A DNA stretch of 20,143 bases, from positions 1 to 20,143 of the forward strand of contig JAEOTQ010000212.1 of NCBI GenBank assembly GCA_016839785.1, read 5' to 3'. The DNA comes from Candidatus Hodarchaeota archaeon (GTDB lineage: Archaea; Asgardarchaeota; Heimdallarchaeia; Hodarchaeales; Hodarchaeaceae). Below the pieces are notes generated by a model. It searched no databases. It was not told the origin of the DNA and worked only from the letters and a program-made list of their open reading frames with translations. How positions within the stretch are numbered: position 1 is the stretch's first letter; each line of letters opens with the position of its first letter. Of this stretch, positions 16,488 through 20,143 are shown in pieces. A program made the position numbers and the translations under genes.

Positions 16488-16501
16488 TTTAAGTACTTAA
16501 A
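16488..16501. promoter_or_regulatory. Perfect 14-bp palindrome TTTAAGTACTTAAA; candidate bidirectional TATA element or operator for GNAT and hypD
   Basis: Reads TTTAAGTA on both strands. It lies in the 71-bp gap, 26-39 nt from the GNAT ATG (16462) and 33-46 nt from the hypD ATG (16534). Confidence 0.55.
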
Positions 16502-16533
16502 TACTTAGTAGAATTAGGAGAGCTTTACATTTA

Positions 16534-17652
16534 ATGAAATCTTATCAAGATCCTGAAGTCGTTAAGAAACTAGCTAGGAAAATTACTGATCTAGCTACAC
16601 AGCTTGGGGATAGAAAGGTCAAAATATGTCATGTATGTGGAACACACGAATACACAGTCTCACACTGGGGTATTCGATCTTTATTACCCTCCAATGTCGA
16701 AGTAATTGCTGGCCCCGGGTGTCCTGTTTGTGTTTGTCCTAATAGTGATATTGAACAAGCAATATGGCTTGCTAAAAATGGATATACACTGGCTACGTTT
16801 GGTGACATGTCTCGGGTGCCTAGTAATCAAGGATCATTGTTAACTGCTAGAGCAGAGGGAGCGGCCATTCATATTGTTTACAGCTTTCTTGATGTAATAC
16901 GATTAGCAAAGAAGAATCCTACTACTCAATATGTTTTTTTCTCCATTGGTTTTGAAACTACAGCTCCAATGGTGGCAATCGAACTTATTAACAATCGTAT
17001 TCCCTCGAATGTATCCATACTCTCATCTCACAGATTAGTTCCTCCCGCTATGGAACTGCTCTTGGAACAACCAGATATTCAAGTTGATGGTTTTATTGCT
17101 CCTGGGCATGTTTCAGCAATTACGGGTTATGGTTTATATGAACCAGTATCTCATAAATACCAAATTCCTATTGTTGTCGTAGGTTTTGAACCTGCTGACG
17201 TCATGTTTGGCATTCTTGAAGTATTACAGCAACTTTTACGAAATCAACCTAGGACAGAAAATCTCTATAAAAGAGTCGTAACCCATGATGGTAATAAAAA
17301 AGCACTTGACGCTATTAACACTGCATATTCAGTCGTAGACTCTCAATGGCGAGGGATTGGGATAGTTAAAAATTCAGGGTTGGAATTGGCAGAGCAATAC
17401 AATGAGTTTAATATTCGACTAAAAGAGGATATTCCTATATCAAAGGGTCGGGATATTCCCAAAGGATGTCGATGTGCCGATGTTATATTAGGAAAAATCT
17501 ATCCGCGTGATTGTGGTCTTTTTAACAAGAAATGCACTCCAGAAAATCCTGTAGGTCCTTGTATGGTTGGAACTGAAGGAACTTGTGCAATTCATGCTAA
17601 ATATGGAGGCTATCTTTCTCTAGATGAAGTTTTTGATTCAGAAGAATCGTGA
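16534..17652 (+). CDS. hypD: [NiFe]-hydrogenase maturation protein HypD
   Basis: HVCGTHE, GPGCPVCV, TFGDM.RVP, GFETTAP, PGHVS, GFEP, WRGIG, and C-terminal Fe-S Cys cluster CRC..V..G...P.DC.LF.K.CTP..PVGPCMV..EGTCA. AGGAG lies upstream. Confidence 0.97.
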   Translation: MKSYQDPEVVKKLARKITDLATQLGDRKVKICHVCGTHEYTVSHWGIRSLLPSNVEVIAGPGCPVCVCPNSDIEQAIWLAKNGYTLATFGDMSRVPSNQGSLLTARAEGAAIHIVYSFLDVIRLAKKNPTTQYVFFSIGFETTAPMVAIELINNRIPSNVSILSSHRLVPPAMELLLEQPDIQVDGFIAPGHVSAITGYGLYEPVSHKYQIPIVVVGFEPADVMFGILEVLQQLLRNQPRTENLYKRVVTHDGNKKALDAINTAYSVVDSQWRGIGIVKNSGLELAEQYNEFNIRLKEDIPISKGRDIPKGCRCADVILGKIYPRDCGLFNKKCTPENPVGPCMVGTEGTCAIHAKYGGYLSLDEVFDSEES

Positions 17653-17668
17653 ACCATAGGTATAGTGA

Positions 17669-19315
17669 CTATTTCTTTTGTAGGATTACACCTTCAAATG
17701 GTTCTAAGGATACTACTTCAGTTATTACTTTAGTTTGCGTTAATGTATGTGTTGAGAATATCAGCGATGACTCTAGAATGGGATTTATGACGTTTAATGG
17801 TCCTTTTTGAAAGTTCAGAATTATGACTCCATGATCGGTATCCATAGTCCGAGAATAAGCTAAACATTGGTCTGATTGAAGATCTAATACTTCTAAATCC
17901 CCTTCTTGAAGCCAAACTGTTTCTTGCCGAATGTGTAACAATTCTTTGTAGAAATTAAGCATGGACTTTTTGCTTTGGTGTTGTAACTCAACATTTATTT
18001 CTTGGATATTAGAAGATATGGGTAACCAAGGTATTACCATAGGATCTGGAGAAAATCCAGCATTTATTGTTGAGCTATTCCATTGGAAGGGAGTACGACA
18101 CCCATCTCTCCCAAAAAAACGTCCAACGGGGAGACCCCAAACTTTCAATTTTCCAACTGGATCTTTTACTTGTTTATTACCAATCTTCCCCTGAAGCATC
18201 CCAATCTCTTCTCCTTGATAAATAAAGGGAGTTCCTTTAATTGTTAGTAACAGAAGAGTTAATAGTCTAGCTTTTTGTCTATTATTACCAAAACGTGAAA
18301 TCATTCTTACAATGTCATGATTAGAGAACGTAAAACATGGCCAGAAATGGTTAAGAGTCGATTGTGAATCAAGGATTGAGTTTTGAAATTTTTTTGCGGA
18401 GAATGATTGATTAGTAAATTGGAAATCGAACACAAGATTTAACCCTAACTGTTTTTGGTTTCCGTATAGCGGAGAGAGGAATTTAGGCCCTCCTGTTGCT
18501 TCACCAACCAACACTCGTTCAGGTGTATATTCATCTACCAATGACCGTAATTCCAAACATAAATCAATTGTTTCTTTCTGAAATTGGGTATAGGTTGGTT
18601 TTTGAAGAAGAGAATCAAGATGTGAATGAGAGGAAAACAGGTGAAAGCTCCGAGGATTATCTCGAAATTCAACATCCTCAAACACTGTATGAATAATGTC
18701 TAATCGAAATCCATCAACTCCTTTATCTAACCAGAATTTCATGGAATCAAACATCATTTCTTTAACTTCTAGATTACGCCAGTTTAAATCAGGCTGACAA
18801 GGCAAGAATTGATGCAGGTAATATTCTTCAGTTTCCTCGTCCCTTTCCCATGCTGATCCACCCATGATGGCTTTCCAATTGTTTGGTGGCTTTTTTACAT
18901 TCGTTCCTTTCCCCTTTTGCCAGATATACCAATCTCGCTTCGGACTCGTTCTACTAGATCTTGACTCAATGAACCATGGATGTCTATGCGAGGTATGGTT
19001 CAAGACCATATCCAAGATTATTTTTAAATTGTTATCATGGGCTTGTTCCAACAACTCATCAAAATCCCTCATTGTCCCATATTCTGGATTTATAGACATA
19101 AAATCAGAAATGTCATAACCAAAGTCTTCTTGAGGAGAAGGATAAATAGGGGACAACCAAATCGCATTGATTCCGAGCTTTGGTAAATAATTGTTCTCAA
19201 TTTTTTGGATAATTCCTCGTAGATCACCTATTCCATTATTAGTACTATCAGAATAAGATCGGGGGTATATCTGATAAAAAACTGCTTTTTTCCACCACGG
19301 GGTTTGAGTAGACAT
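17669..19315 (-). CDS. GH13 alpha-glucosidase (oligo-1,6-glucosidase/maltase group)
   Basis: WWKKAVFYQIYPRS..DS...GIGDLRGI, WLSPIY.SP..DFGYDISD, DMVLNHTS, QPDLNW, catalytic GFRLD / VGE / NHD, YQGEEIGM, RDGCRTPFQW. ATG 19315 is preferred over 19414. Confidence 0.95.
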   Translation of the reverse strand: MSTQTPWWKKAVFYQIYPRSYSDSTNNGIGDLRGIIQKIENNYLPKLGINAIWLSPIYPSPQEDFGYDISDFMSINPEYGTMRDFDELLEQAHDNNLKIILDMVLNHTSHRHPWFIESRSSRTSPKRDWYIWQKGKGTNVKKPPNNWKAIMGGSAWERDEETEEYYLHQFLPCQPDLNWRNLEVKEMMFDSMKFWLDKGVDGFRLDIIHTVFEDVEFRDNPRSFHLFSSHSHLDSLLQKPTYTQFQKETIDLCLELRSLVDEYTPERVLVGEATGGPKFLSPLYGNQKQLGLNLVFDFQFTNQSFSAKKFQNSILDSQSTLNHFWPCFTFSNHDIVRMISRFGNNRQKARLLTLLLLTIKGTPFIYQGEEIGMLQGKIGNKQVKDPVGKLKVWGLPVGRFFGRDGCRTPFQWNSSTINAGFSPDPMVIPWLPISSNIQEINVELQHQSKKSMLNFYKELLHIRQETVWLQEGDLEVLDLQSDQCLAYSRTMDTDHGVIILNFQKGPLNVINPILESSLIFSTHTLTQTKVITEVVSLEPFEGVILQKK

Positions 19316-19463
19316 AATTAGAGGACTCTCCAGTAAATTGTCACTATCAGAAAATTCTTGAACTCTGTCAACAAAAATGTGTCTTATCAGAACTCTAGAG
19401 ATTCTTTTACACACGTCCGTGAGTAATGCCTGAAATTAAAGATTCTTTCTTTGCGTGAAGCAA

Positions 19464-19967
19464 ATGGACAAAAACGAAATAGAAGAAGTATTGGAAAAAA
19501 TCAGTGCTCAAGAGCCTGTACAGATCCAGAAGGCAATTGGACTTGTGGGTTTGAGTTATGGACTTATGGCTGCTGGAATTACATTTTGGTTTCTTCTCTT
19601 CACCTCAGGAAGAATATATTCCAGAGAAAACGCATTGTTACTTAGTATAGCCAGTAGTTCTCTCGTAGGAGTCACCTTATTTTTTTATTCAATCGGAACT
19701 TATTTCTATTTTATTCTTCACAATAAACACCTTCCCATTCACTGGTTCTTGAAGGGATTAATGCGTACCATTATTCAATTTTATTATTTTGGTTCTATTC
19801 TTCTATTATTCATTATTACTCAATATTTTTTTCCCCAAATTGGAAGTGAATTCATAATACTTTACTTAGCGTTATTCCTTCCTATTTATATTGGTTATAT
19901 GCTACCTAGGTGGGGTAGAATCAAGAATCTTATCGGTACTAATTTTTTAGAAAAATCCAGTGGGTAG
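19464..19967 (+). CDS. Hypothetical membrane protein (about 4 TM)
   Basis: Charged N-terminus followed by four hydrophobic, aromatic-rich segments. ATG 19464 (GTG 19455 is the alternative). Confidence 0.7.
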   Translation: MDKNEIEEVLEKISAQEPVQIQKAIGLVGLSYGLMAAGITFWFLLFTSGRIYSRENALLLSIASSSLVGVTLFFYSIGTYFYFILHNKHLPIHWFLKGLMRTIIQFYYFGSILLLFIITQYFFPQIGSEFIILYLALFLPIYIGYMLPRWGRIKNLIGTNFLEKSSG

Positions 19968-19978
19968 AGATTCCTTCT

Positions 19979-20143
19979 TCACCCTTTCTCAGAAGGAATT
20001 TTCTTAGTTGTAGATAATTTATTGATTTTTCGCATAATAAATGGACGTTTAATCTGGACGGAAAGCTTATGTATTCTTTTTTTAGCAATACCAAGCATCA
20101 GGATGTATGATTGAAGTATTTTGTCAATATCCTGGAAAGATCC
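19979..20143 (-). CDS. 3' end of a gene running in from beyond the window (unknown product)
   Basis: The longest minus-strand frame from the window edge reads GSFQDIDKILQSYILMLGIAKKRIHKLSVQIKRPFIMRKINKLSTTKKIPSEKG* and stops 11 nt short of the convergent gene's stop. The other two frames stop early. Confidence 0.5.
   Translation of the reverse strand, partial: GSFQDIDKILQSYILMLGIAKKRIHKLSVQIKRPFIMRKINKLSTTKKIPSEKG

Noticed and set aside
452-19645. Short alternative-frame or antisense ORFs in the track (452-661, 849-1196, 1498-1728, 3819-4112, 4328-4573, 4356-4604, 5320-5505, 7918-8133, 8589-8795, 8828-9022, 10553-10738, 13932-14120, 14813-15004, 17730-17915, 17961-18194, 18496-18696, 18864-19118, 19451-19645)
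   Set aside because: They overlap well-supported genes or span divergent promoter regions and show no recognisable motifs. Treated as shadow ORFs.
1-20143. CRISPR array, tRNA/rRNA, IS elements or provirus
   Set aside because: No regularly spaced repeats, cloverleaf/T-loop motifs, transposase/integrase ORFs or terminal inverted repeats were seen. Intergenic gaps are short.

Overview
AT-rich, gene-dense archaeal chromosomal segment, most consistent with an Asgard archaeon (Heimdallarchaeia/Hodarchaeales-like). This is an inference from the archaeal geranylgeranyl reductase and PGI/PMI, TATA-like promoters, an N-terminal longin-like domain, V4R domains and an HtpG gene. It holds about 18 CDS in frequently switching orientation: HtpG/Hsp90 C-terminus, TrxR-fold ferredoxin-NADP reductase-like flavoprotein, citryl-CoA lyase divergent from a stand-alone CitF, a hypothetical protein, a thioredoxin-V4R-V4R fusion, a rhomboid protease overlapping a PIG-M/GT87-like GT-C glycosyltransferase, an 847-aa longin-like protein, geranylgeranyl reductase, PGI/PMI, a winged-helix + AAA+ ATPase pair, GNAT, HypD, GH13 alpha-glucosidase, a membrane protein and a truncated ORF. 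I saw no rRNA, tRNA, CRISPR array or transposase. The best candidates for undescribed systems are (1) the PIG-M-like glycosyltransferase coupled to a rhomboid protease (possible GPI-like anchoring/sorting module), (2) an ACP-independent CitF + citryl-CoA lyase route for citrate cleavage, (3) a Trx-V4R-V4R redox/ligand sensor, and (4) an RcaD/RcaG-like wHTH + ATPase pair. All family assignments come from motif recognition by eye and from memory; no searches were run.
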